Positions 39,090 through 48,700 of a stretch of 64,000 bases of DNA are shown in pieces; within the stretch, counting starts at the first letter, position 1; every line of letters begins with the position of its first letter. This stretch comes from Thermoplasmatota archaeon. GTDB taxonomy: Archaea; Thermoplasmatota; Penumbrarchaeia; JANQNL01. Location of the stretch: assembly GCA_028279585.1 (NCBI GenBank), contig JANQNL010000009.1:9024-73023 (forward strand), read 5' to 3'. The translations under genes were made by a program, and so were the position numbers. The notes under the pieces are model-generated. The model was not told the DNA's origin, searched no databases, and saw only the letters and a program-made list of their open reading frames with translations.

Positions 39090-39758
39090 GTGGGTAAGGC
39101 CAAGAAGAAAGCGGATTCTGATACTGAGGAGCTCGAAAAAGCAGTGGACACCATTGCCGACGAGATTAAGAAAGAGATCCGAAAAGAAAAAAAGAAGTCC
39201 AAAACCTCGGAGCCTGAAGACGAGTTCGCAAAGATGCGAAAGGAGTTCGAGGACTCCATGCGGAACCGGGAGTATCCTCCGGACTTCGACAAGGAGGCCT
39301 TCATCAAAAAGGAGATGAAGAAGTACGACCGCGATATGTCTTGGGCTCGTGAAGAGAACGAAGCTGAAGCTGAAGAAATGAAGAGCAAAAAGAAGAAGAA
39401 GTCCGGTCCCAGAGCCATCGACCCAGACTCCATCGGCGCATCTAGTCCTCCCCCGCGGACCTACAAGAAAAAGAGCTCTGTAGATGGGGCAAAACTTGGT
39501 GTCTCTTTATTCACCGTTCTGTTCCTGACAATAATCTCGCTGGTCATGTCCGCTTTGTGGCTTGCCTTCCTTTACTGGTGCTGGCTTGGTCTTGAAGCAA
39601 GATGGGACATCTTCCTGTTCCACCTACCACTTCCCAAGTTCTGCTGCCAAACGTGCGTCATACTATCAGCGATCTGTACCGTACTAGGATTTTTCGGAAC
39701 GCTTGCTTCGAGGATAAAGAAGGCATACAGTGCGTCCACTGGGGAAGATATGGACTGA
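39090..39758 (+). CDS. Membrane protein with a charged N-terminus
   Basis: Lys/Glu-rich N-terminus and two hydrophobic segments. Confidence 0.7.
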   Translation: MGKAKKKADSDTEELEKAVDTIADEIKKEIRKEKKKSKTSEPEDEFAKMRKEFEDSMRNREYPPDFDKEAFIKKEMKKYDRDMSWAREENEAEAEEMKSKKKKKSGPRAIDPDSIGASSPPPRTYKKKSSVDGAKLGVSLFTVLFLTIISLVMSALWLAFLYWCWLGLEARWDIFLFHLPLPKFCCQTCVILSAICTVLGFFGTLASRIKKAYSASTGEDMD

Positions 39759-39761
39759 ACA

Positions 39762-39941
39762 TCAGCTCCACAACCTGACCTCTCCCCCCATCACTTCCCC
39801 CGGCCACTGGACAGGCCCCAGTACCTTCACCTTACCCTGAGCAAGCTCCCCATCAGCGATCCTGTGGAACACTCCGTCTGGGTCTTGCATGAGAACCTCC
39901 GGCCCCTCCCAACCCTCACAGTATCCCCAAACGTATAACAT
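39762..39941 (-). CDS. 59-aa YVWGYCEGWE protein divergent from repeat copy C (not in the ORF track)
   Basis: MLYVWGYCEGWEGPEVLMQDPDGVFHRIADGELAQGKVKVLGPVQWPGEVMGGEVRLWS; TTTATAA about 24 nt upstream; homolog at 12 kb. Confidence 0.72.
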   Translation of the reverse strand: MLYVWGYCEGWEGPEVLMQDPDGVFHRIADGELAQGKVKVLGPVQWPGEVMGGEVRLWS

Positions 39942-40039
39942 CGATGTACCTTACGTTCTCGAGTGTTATAAACTTGAGTAGGATTTCCATTTCCACGAGT
40001 GCGAATTGTAATTTGGTTGATAAATTAACAAGCGTGCAG

Positions 40040-40152
40040 TTTCGGCAATTTCCGTTTGTACAGTAAAGGTTTTAATAGCTCTGATGAACAAAGGCTCGTG
40101 GGGATCACCATGGTGTGATGTGTAGCCTTTGGTCCCCACACTCATGCTTTTC
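40040..40152 (+). repeat. Dispersed repeat module copy C
   Basis: TTTCGGCAATTTCCG, CAGTAAA, TTTTAATA, GTGGGGATCA(40098)..TGGTCCCCAC(40139), then GCTTTT. Confidence 0.8.
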
Positions 40153-40223
40153 TCGATTTCCGTTCGAACCAATATCTGCTTATTAGCAGTATATTTGCGA
40201 GTCATTGCATGTCCTTCAGATCC

Positions 40224-40270
40224 AAAGATGTTACAAAACAGTACAAATACTTACAAAACGTAACATCTTT
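40224..40270. promoter_or_regulatory. Operator-like 11-bp inverted repeat with internal TACAAA direct repeats
   Basis: AAAGATGTTAC...GTAACATCTTT immediately upstream of the antitoxin RBS. Confidence 0.6.
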
Positions 40271-40286
40271 AAGAACAGGTGATCGA

Positions 40287-40511
40287 ATGGTCCAAGCCGT
40301 CATCACGCTCACAGAGCACGAGGATAGGGTAGTCAACGCCGTCAAGGGAAAGTATGGTCTGAAGAACAAGTCCCAGGCCATAGAACACATCATCCTTGCT
40401 TATGAGACCGAGCTTCTGGATGCAAAGCTTCGACCGGAGTTCATTGATAAGATGCAGCAGAGGCAAAAGGAACCTGTCGTCACAGTCAAGGACATGCGTG
40501 AGCATTTCTGA
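40287..40511 (+). CDS. DUF2683-like antitoxin (no toxin downstream)
   Basis: GGTGAT RBS; MVQAVITLTEHEDRVVNAVKGKYGLKNKSQAI..LRPEFI. Confidence 0.75.
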   Translation: MVQAVITLTEHEDRVVNAVKGKYGLKNKSQAIEHIILAYETELLDAKLRPEFIDKMQQRQKEPVVTVKDMREHF

Positions 40512-40513
40512 TT

Positions 40514-43500
40514 TCAGTATTCTTCCTGCACAAGCCTCTGAACGAAGTCTGCTAACACGTTCACCTTGGCCGTGTCACCATCCCATGATGACAGCATGTC
40601 CTTGTGGATGAACTCAATATCGTTGATCATGGAGCCTATTGGCTTTTCCAACCCCCTCAGGTCCTGCTCGGGGCTGAACACTATGACATTGATGTACTTG
40701 CCTGGAAGAAGGAGCATGTTGAGGTCTCCAAAGCCAAGGTTCTTGAGGTTTGCTGAATCCTTGTTGAACGAATCTTTGACGAACTGCTGCAGGACCTGTA
40801 TCATGGACGCAAGGATGTCCTCGTCAACAGCGGAGGTCTCGTTCCAGGAGTAGTGGGCCATCATTATCCCGCTTTTGGAGACGATGAAGATCTCATCTAT
40901 CTCTGGCAGGGATGAGTTGGAGAAGTCTGCCTCGTAGACCTGGGCTGGGGGCAAGGCCAGCATCGGTGGTTTGTCATCACCGTCAGGCTTGCCGACAGGG
41001 TCCTCGTTGGGTCCGCCCCATGCCTCGAGCTCGGGAGCTTCCTCTTCCATGGCTATGAACTCCATGGGCTTTGCTGGAGCGATCTCCTGTCTGCCTTTCT
41101 CCACGGCCTTCTCTGTAAAGATGTCGGACTCCTCGATGTCTGCGACTATGGCGTCAGAGCTCTCTTCCATCGGAGGAAGCTCGGGTGGGAGTTCTTCCTC
41201 TTCCTCCGCTCCAGTCTCCTCTGTGGGTTCCTTCTTCCTGCGAAGAACAATGAACAGGACAACAACGATAGCTGCTATCACCAACACCAAGGCCACTATC
41301 CCAACGATCACGAACAGCCCAGTCATGTCGGTGGACCCACCATCCCTCCCATCTGTTGTGTTCCCATCAGTGGTTCCACCACCGCCATCAGTACCTCCAC
41401 CAGTTGCTCTGACCTCAACAACAACAGAGGCGGACTCAGCTCCTGCAACCGCTGTGACCGTGTAGTTGTTTGCAAATGCTGGGACCTCGAACGTGGCTGT
41501 CCAACCACCGTCCGAACCGATGTTCGCAAACCCTGTGGCCGAGCCCATGGAGACAGTGACCTGTGTTCCCTCGTCGAATCCTGTGGACATCCCCGTGACC
41601 GTGATGTTGGAACCGACCAAAAAGACAGTGGCCTCCAGTGGAGTTATGATCGTGATGGTCTTTGGAACTACCACCGGAGCAAGCTCTGTGGTGAACTCTA
41701 GGACCACGGCCTCATCCATGAGCTTTCCTTCCGTGCTCGAAAGGGTTGCCGGGAACGTCACCTTGTAGGTGGTGTTGTAATCCAGGTCCACAAGTGGGTC
41801 CATGTTCAGGACAGTGGCCGAGGACCATTCGAGCTCGACGTCCACGGTCGGGAAGATAGTGATACCGATGATGGAATCCTCCATTTCGACATTGAACATG
41901 GCCGATATGTTGGTGCCGATCTCCACGTCGGTCGTTCCATTGGCTGGGATGAGGTCTGTGATCATTGGGACCACACGCACATGCATTGTCGTGTTCCGCG
42001 CCCAGATGGACCATGGAGACGGATTCAGGGCCTCGTCCAAAGCGACGACCACGAAGTGATAGGTCGTATCCGGGGACAACCCATCGACATCGTAGCTGGT
42101 CCCGTTGCATTCGTCCTGCAAGTAGTAAGGACCATCCCCTCCGGAGCTGCCGGTATCGTTGACATAGACCTGGTAGCGAACTATGTCTGGGTCCAGGGGA
42201 GCGTCCCAGGTTAAAGCAACAGAGTACTCGGACTTGGTCACCGCTGTGAGGTTCGTAGGCTCCTGAGGTGCAACCAGGTCAAGGAATGTGAAGTTCAGGA
42301 CAGGCGACCATGCGCTGAGCAGATGCACATCGTCCATGGCACAGATGCGGAACTTTAGGGCGGTATCATGGACGAACCATGATTCCTGGATGAAGTTCCA
42401 GGTCCCTGTATCGTTGTAGTAGTTGTACCAGGTTATCCCATCCTGCAGATGCATCTCGAGGATGTAGTTGATGGTGTCATCGTAATTGGCGGACCATGAG
42501 ACGTTCACCCCACCACCTGCTACAACGGCGGTGAGGTTCTCAGGAACCATTGGGGGGATGATGTCACGTAAATAATGCCCGACCATTGGGGAAAGGGCGG
42601 ACTTGTGACCTGCAAGGTCTATGGTCTGAATGCGGTACCAGTGCCAGGTCTCATCGGCAAGATCGACATCGTGGGTCCAGTTGGTCGTGTCGTTGTACAT
42701 TATCTCCCAGGTTCCGGTCTGGTTCGTATACAAGGTGTAGTTGACTATGTCACTGAGCTTCTCCCAAGAGATGTTCAATGACAGGTCCAGACCCATCCTT
42801 TCGATCTTCAGGTCTCCAGGAACTATAGGTGCGAAGATATCACCCGTGATGAACACCTCCCTGTGAGATGTGCTCATGTTCACGTCCCTGACCTCCTCCC
42901 ATGTGGCATCGCCTGTGAACTTCACCTTCACGGTCGTCACATTCTCGGTCGGAGTGTTCGAGTGGTAGTAGTACCGGTCCATGATGGTCAGGGTATCTGT
43001 CACCCCCTGAACAGCTGTCACATTGTCGATTCCACCGTATCCTGGGGTTGCATACTCGACATTGCCAGAGTCCAATACCTGAACTTCCGCGCCCTGGAGG
43101 GGGGTTACGCCATCATCCATGAACGTTCTGATGTCCAGGTAGTTCATGATGTGGACCACACCACCATTGGCATCGATGTTTCGGATGTCCCAGAATGTTG
43201 TATTCAGGAGCATGACAAAGCCATAGTCCTGGACATTAATGTCATAGCTTGCGCTCGATGATACGATAGAATCGACAACGATGATATCGGTCCCGCTTAA
43301 TACGTACCCGTAGGCATTGGGCCCAGAGGTACTGATGTTCACGTCGATGAAGACATTCCTCTCGGAGTCGTCTATGCTGTATACACCAAAACCATTGGAA
43401 CCAGCTGTCGTGATATCAAGGCCTATGAAGGTGTTACTGCTAGAGTCATCGAAGAGCCTGACAGCGAAAGATGAGGTCCCCAGTGTAGAAACGGTTGAGT

Positions 43501-45676
43501 TGTAGAAATTATTCCTACTGCTCTGGGTGTTCAAACGTATACCGATCGCATCGTTTCCTCTGACATCGACATCGTTGTTGGTGAACCTGCAATCTGTGAC
43601 GTACTGTGCCTGATTTATCCCGTGAGAGGACTGTCCATAGGTCTGCACTATATTCTTGTTGATCTTGCTGTGAGAGACGGTGTTCAAGTAAATGGCCTCT
43701 GAGCTGACATCATAGGTGGTAATGTCGTTGTATTCCACTGTCGTTAAGATCTGGTTACCATACACCTGTATCCCATACGCGTTGGAACCACTGGTCGAGA
43801 TGGTACAATTATCAACGGTAGCTGTATGACTACCACCCACCAAGATCCCATGAGCATAATCTCCCTGGGTGGTGATAGTATTGTTGTGTATGACAAGATC
43901 TCGACCAGCATCGACATTGATACCCTGATTACCGTAAGGAGATGTCATGATCCAGTTATCTGAGATGGTGGTGTTGTCTCCAACAATGATGCATACGGAC
44001 ACACCGTTGATGCTGTAACCTTTCATGTCGTTCTCTAAGATCGTGGTCCTGTTCGCACCGTTCTCCGTCAGAATGATCCTACTTGCGGTACCACGCGATG
44101 TCAGTTCATTGCCTTTGACAAGATTTCTTGTACTGCTATGGGAGATATAGACTAGGTGAGTGCTATCGGCCCAGGTAGTTATGTTATTACCAGTGATATT
44201 GTTATCATCAGAGCCAAGATATAAGCGCACACCATATGAGAAATCCCCTCGTGTGGTGATGTTGTTGAAAGTTACATTGTTATCATCAACTGAGTCCAGA
44301 TAAACTGCCAGCGAGTTATCGTCCCTTGTTGTGATATTATTGTGATGGATGTCCATCTGATCTGAGCTCGATTCAATATGAACACCCCTGGCCACAGTAC
44401 CATGGGTTAGGATCCTGTTGTTACCAATGTCACCGATGTTGCATGACGATACTCTTATCCCTCCTCCAAGATAACCCCACGCTCGTATCCGGTTGTACTT
44501 TATCATCATCCGATCTGAAAACATCGTCCTAATACCATCACAATAGCCGTATCTGATGTCGATATCGTTGTCAAAGATCAAAGCATCATCAGAGGATTCC
44601 AACCATACACCATCACAAAGGTCATCTGTTGTGTTGATATAATTGCCGATGATCTCTATCCGATCACATGTGTTCGAGTCAATACCCTTTGCAGAATCAT
44701 ACACCCTGATAGTATTATCTATAACGCGACAGTCGTTGGATTGGTACATGTACACTCCTTCAGAACTTGTAAGGTCTGTGCGTACCGTATTATAGGACAC
44801 ATTGGACCTACTGCAGAAGTGCATATAGATACCAGGAGAGGTTGTCCATTTGGTGTGTACACGATTGAAGACCACATGTGAATCCTTGGTCGAGCTAAGG
44901 ATATAGATGCCAAGGGACATGTAATCGTCTGTGACCACATCATTATCATAGATCTCATGGGAGTGGCCGTTCTCGAAATAGATGCCTCTTGACTGCCATC
45001 CAGTCGTATTGATGATGCTTGAAGAAACATTATGGAAACTTCCCCCGTTGGCATACATACCATGAGAATCGAAGCCATAGGTCCTTATCCTATTATCGTT
45101 AGAGAACGACAAGGCATTAGCATTGAAATGTGTCCCATTGGCATCATCACCGAAGGTAGTGATGTTGTTCCCGATCACCCAATGCCAGGCACCGCCGTTC
45201 AACCGCAGTCCGATCCCCCAGTCATCGTATGTGGTGATATTGCATCCAGCTACAAGGCAGTTCAGAACAAGACCTCCACCCACCTGGACCCCATAGCAAT
45301 GGTCTCCACGGGCCGTGATATTGAATCCCGTCAGATTGATCCAATCCGCAGTGAGATTGAAGGCCGCGGCCCAATCGGTCATGGCCGATGTTCCCCAGTA
45401 GGTATGGTTCACCCTGCAGTTGGTCGTTGAGTTCCCCCGAACGGTGAGCGTCTTCCAGATCGTCACGTTCTCGTTGTACGATCCGTTCCGAACCACCACT
45501 GTATCCCCAGGAGCAGCCGCGTCCACGGCATCCTGGATGGAAGAATATGTCGAGCCTGCTCCCACGTACAGTATCGACCCAGCCACCGGTGCATCACCTG
45601 CCTCAGTGCTCAGCACTGGAACCATTGCGGTCAGCAGGAGAAGGACGCTTGCGATGACTAGCCTCTTCGATATCAT
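40514..45676 (-). CDS. 1720-aa receptor-like surface protein: beta-helix + FN3 + Ig-like + TM + cytoplasmic longin-like domain
   Basis: YSSIQDAVDAA, PbH1 repeats, P.NL..W..Y FN3 repeats, P.NGTTDV Ig, TM, IDEIFIVSKSGIMMAHY..DEDILASM..FVKDSF. Confidence 0.85.
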   Translation of the reverse strand: MISKRLVIASVLLLLTAMVPVLSTEAGDAPVAGSILYVGAGSTYSSIQDAVDAAAPGDTVVVRNGSYNENVTIWKTLTVRGNSTTNCRVNHTYWGTSAMTDWAAAFNLTADWINLTGFNITARGDHCYGVQVGGGLVLNCLVAGCNITTYDDWGIGLRLNGGAWHWVIGNNITTFGDDANGTHFNANALSFSNDNRIRTYGFDSHGMYANGGSFHNVSSSIINTTGWQSRGIYFENGHSHEIYDNDVVTDDYMSLGIYILSSTKDSHVVFNRVHTKWTTSPGIYMHFCSRSNVSYNTVRTDLTSSEGVYMYQSNDCRVIDNTIRVYDSAKGIDSNTCDRIEIIGNYINTTDDLCDGVWLESSDDALIFDNDIDIRYGYCDGIRTMFSDRMMIKYNRIRAWGYLGGGIRVSSCNIGDIGNNRILTHGTVARGVHIESSSDQMDIHHNNITTRDDNSLAVYLDSVDDNNVTFNNITTRGDFSYGVRLYLGSDDNNITGNNITTWADSTHLVYISHSSTRNLVKGNELTSRGTASRIILTENGANRTTILENDMKGYSINGVSVCIIVGDNTTISDNWIMTSPYGNQGINVDAGRDLVIHNNTITTQGDYAHGILVGGSHTATVDNCTISTSGSNAYGIQVYGNQILTTVEYNDITTYDVSSEAIYLNTVSHSKINKNIVQTYGQSSHGINQAQYVTDCRFTNNDVDVRGNDAIGIRLNTQSSRNNFYNSTVSTLGTSSFAVRLFDDSSSNTFIGLDITTAGSNGFGVYSIDDSERNVFIDVNISTSGPNAYGYVLSGTDIIVVDSIVSSSASYDINVQDYGFVMLLNTTFWDIRNIDANGGVVHIMNYLDIRTFMDDGVTPLQGAEVQVLDSGNVEYATPGYGGIDNVTAVQGVTDTLTIMDRYYYHSNTPTENVTTVKVKFTGDATWEEVRDVNMSTSHREVFITGDIFAPIVPGDLKIERMGLDLSLNISWEKLSDIVNYTLYTNQTGTWEIMYNDTTNWTHDVDLADETWHWYRIQTIDLAGHKSALSPMVGHYLRDIIPPMVPENLTAVVAGGGVNVSWSANYDDTINYILEMHLQDGITWYNYYNDTGTWNFIQESWFVHDTALKFRICAMDDVHLLSAWSPVLNFTFLDLVAPQEPTNLTAVTKSEYSVALTWDAPLDPDIVRYQVYVNDTGSSGGDGPYYLQDECNGTSYDVDGLSPDTTYHFVVVALDEALNPSPWSIWARNTTMHVRVVPMITDLIPANGTTDVEIGTNISAMFNVEMEDSIIGITIFPTVDVELEWSSATVLNMDPLVDLDYNTTYKVTFPATLSSTEGKLMDEAVVLEFTTELAPVVVPKTITIITPLEATVFLVGSNITVTGMSTGFDEGTQVTVSMGSATGFANIGSDGGWTATFEVPAFANNYTVTAVAGAESASVVVEVRATGGGTDGGGGTTDGNTTDGRDGGSTDMTGLFVIVGIVALVLVIAAIVVVLFIVLRRKKEPTEETGAEEEEELPPELPPMEESSDAIVADIEESDIFTEKAVEKGRQEIAPAKPMEFIAMEEEAPELEAWGGPNEDPVGKPDGDDKPPMLALPPAQVYEADFSNSSLPEIDEIFIVSKSGIMMAHYSWNETSAVDEDILASMIQVLQQFVKDSFNKDSANLKNLGFGDLNMLLLPGKYINVIVFSPEQDLRGLEKPIGSMINDIEFIHKDMLSSWDGDTAKVNVLADFVQRLVQEEY

Positions 45677-45774
45677 GGGAACACCTTGGCTAACAAGGAC
45701 TTTCGAACAATCTCTGTGGGGGTAGAAATACCTTGCTCACAGGTTCGAGCACATATATCAAATTAGAGATTCGC

Positions 45775-48700
45775 TCAGTATTCTTCCTGTACAAGCCTTT
45801 GTACATATGTTGCTAGGACCGAGACCTCTTCCACATCGCCGTCCCACTGGGAGAGCATATCCTTTTCTATGAACTCCATGTCGTTTATCATGGAAGAGAG
45901 GGGCTTCTCCAGGGACTTGAGCTCATCGTCCGGGCTGAACACGATGACGTTGATGTACTTTCCTGGCATGATGAGCATGTTGAGGTCCCCGAACCCAAGG
46001 TTCTTGAGGTTGGCCTTGTCCTTGTTGAACGAGTCTTTGACGAACTGCTGGAGGACCTGGATCATTGATGCCAGGATGTCCTCGTCCACAGCGGAGGTCT
46101 CGTTCCAGGAGTAGTGGGCCATCATTATTCCGCTTTTTGAGACGATGAAGATCTCGTCGATCTCTGGAAGGTCGGTCTGTGAGAAGTCGGCCTCGTAGAT
46201 CTGGGCTGGGGGCAGGGCCAGCATCATCGGCTTTCCTACTTCCCCATCCGTGACCTGCTCTGGTGGGTCTTCCTCCAACTCTCCAGCAGGCCCATCCCAC
46301 TTCTCGAACTCTGGTTCGTCCACAACCGCTACGAACTCCATGGGCTTGGAACCCTCGACCTCTTTACGACCGTCGGCCTTGGTCTTCTCTGCGAAGATGT
46401 CGGACTCCTCGATGTCTGCGACAATGGCCTCGGAGCCCGGTTCCATTGGAGGGAGGTCGTTCTGGACCTCCTCTTCCTCCTCTGGTGATCTCTTCTTTCT
46501 GACTATGATGAAGGCCAGAACAGCAGCGATGACCATGAACAGGACGATGGCGATTATGATTATCAGCATCACCATTGTGGTTGAATCCATGGTCCCACCA
46601 TCACCATCTCCGCCGTCCCCACCATCGCCGCCGTCTCCTCCCCCACCGGAAATCTGGACCTCGACGGTCACTGAGTCTGATACTGAACCTGCAGTAGCAG
46701 AGAGCGTGTAGTTGTTCGCAGTATCGGGAACAACAATGGAAGCTGTCCATCCTCCATCGTTACCGATCGTCCCGTAGGCAGTGTTCGCGCCCAAGGTAAT
46801 AATTACCTGGACCCCTTGGTCGAAACCTGCAGAGGTCCCGACCACAGTGATCTCAGTGCCGCTGTTGAAGATAGATGCATCCGTAGGTGTCAGAATTGAG
46901 ATCGCTTCAGGTACTACCACATCAGGAGCATCCTCAGTGGTGAAGATGAGGACATAGGTCTGACCCATGGTTTTGCCGTTGAGGGCCGTCACGGTTCCGG
47001 GGATGGTTATCGTGTATGTTGTGTTGTATGCTAGATCTGCTGTGAAGTCCATCTCCAGGACAGTGTTCAAGGTCCAGCTGAAGTCTACATCGACCACAGG
47101 GAATACGGTCAGTCCGACGATGGTCATGTTCACAGGGATGCTGAACAGAACGGAAACGTTGGAATCAATTGGGACATCAGTTGTACCATTGGCTGGGACC
47201 GTGCTCAAGATCCTTGGTGTCTCAAGTAGCTGCAATGTGGTGTTGAAGGCCTCGTTGGACCAGGCGGAGATGAGGCCAGCTTCATCGTATGTTGTGACAA
47301 CGAAGTAGTAGGTCGTGTCCGGGCTCATGTCGGTGAGTTCGTAGTGAGTGTAGTTGGTCTGGTCCTGGACATGATACGGCCCACCAGGTCCAGTAGTTCC
47401 TGTGTCGTTGACGTAGACGTTGAAGCCCTCGATGTCCTGGTCCGACGGGGCTTCCCATTGGAGATAGATGGAGTGCTCTGTGTTCGTGCTGGCTGTTAGG
47501 TTGAGGGGAGAGCCGGGGATGATAGTGTCCACGAAGGTCAGGTTGGCCACGGGGGACCAATCACTGTGAAGGCCCACATCATCCCAGGCTCGGACCCTGA
47601 ACTGGAGAAAGGCATCATGGACGAATCCCGGGTCGAATATCTGGAGCCATGTGTCGGTCTGGTTCACGAGATGGGTGAAGACTGAACCACCTGGAGCGAT
47701 CCACTGCAGTTCGTAAGCTACTGTATCGTCGGTGTTGGGGGACCATGATATGTTCACCTCTTCACCTACGCCTGATGCTATCAGGTTCTGCGGGACCATT
47801 GGTGGGTAGATGTCTGCAAGGTAGTATGCTACGGAAGGAGAAGGACCTGAAAGATGCAGGGCCTGGTCCCTGGCCTCCACCGAATAGTAATACCACGTTT
47901 CATCGGGAAGGTCGGTGTGGTGGGTCCAGTTGGTCTTCTGGTACACCAGTGTATCCCAGTAACCAGAAATATTGGTGTAAAGGTAGTAATCCACGTCATC
48001 GATCACGTGGTCCCAGGAGATGTTCAATGCGTTCGGCCCGATCCTCCGAACGGTCAGGTTCTCCGGCATCAAAGGCTTGAAGATATCCCCCACTGTGAAA
48101 TACTCGGTATGAGTGGTGGCCATGCTCACGTTCCTTGTCTCGTTCCATTCTGCCTCTGAAGAGTACTTGACAGAGACCGTGGTGATGTTCTCCGTAGCGG
48201 TATTGGATTGGAAGTACCACCGATCTGAAATGAAAAACTCACCAACATATCCTATTGCTGGTGTAACTGGATCGGTCCCACCGTAACCAGGTGTCTGATA
48301 GACCACCTTGTCATCGTCCAGGACCTCTACCTCCACACCGGCCAGGGGAGTTGCGTTGTCCAGCACCACTATGTCAAGGAAGTTGTAGACCTCGACATAA
48401 CCTCCACCATTGAGAGTTATCTCAAGATTGAAGAAGGTAGAGTTCACCATTCCAATGAGGCCGTCGTTCTCGCAGACAAGGTCGTAGTCTGTCTGGGATG
48501 AGAGGGTCGAATCAACGAACCACACGGTGCTATTGTCGGTGTAGGAGGCGTGGGCACCGGAATTCTGGAGAAGGATGTCAGAACCGTAGATGATGTTCTC
48601 GTAACAGTTCTGCTGCGAGTATATACCGCAGCTATAGATGTTGTCCGTGTCGATGTCGAGATCATAGAAGACATTGTCCTCAGCTCCATTGTAGAGCTGG

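Noticed and set aside
12160-40152. Repeat module as canonical integron attC sites or C/D box sRNAs
   Set aside because: There is no RYYYAAC...GTTRRRY arrangement and no integrase in the window; GTGATGT is only a degenerate C box and copy C has no equivalently placed CTGA.
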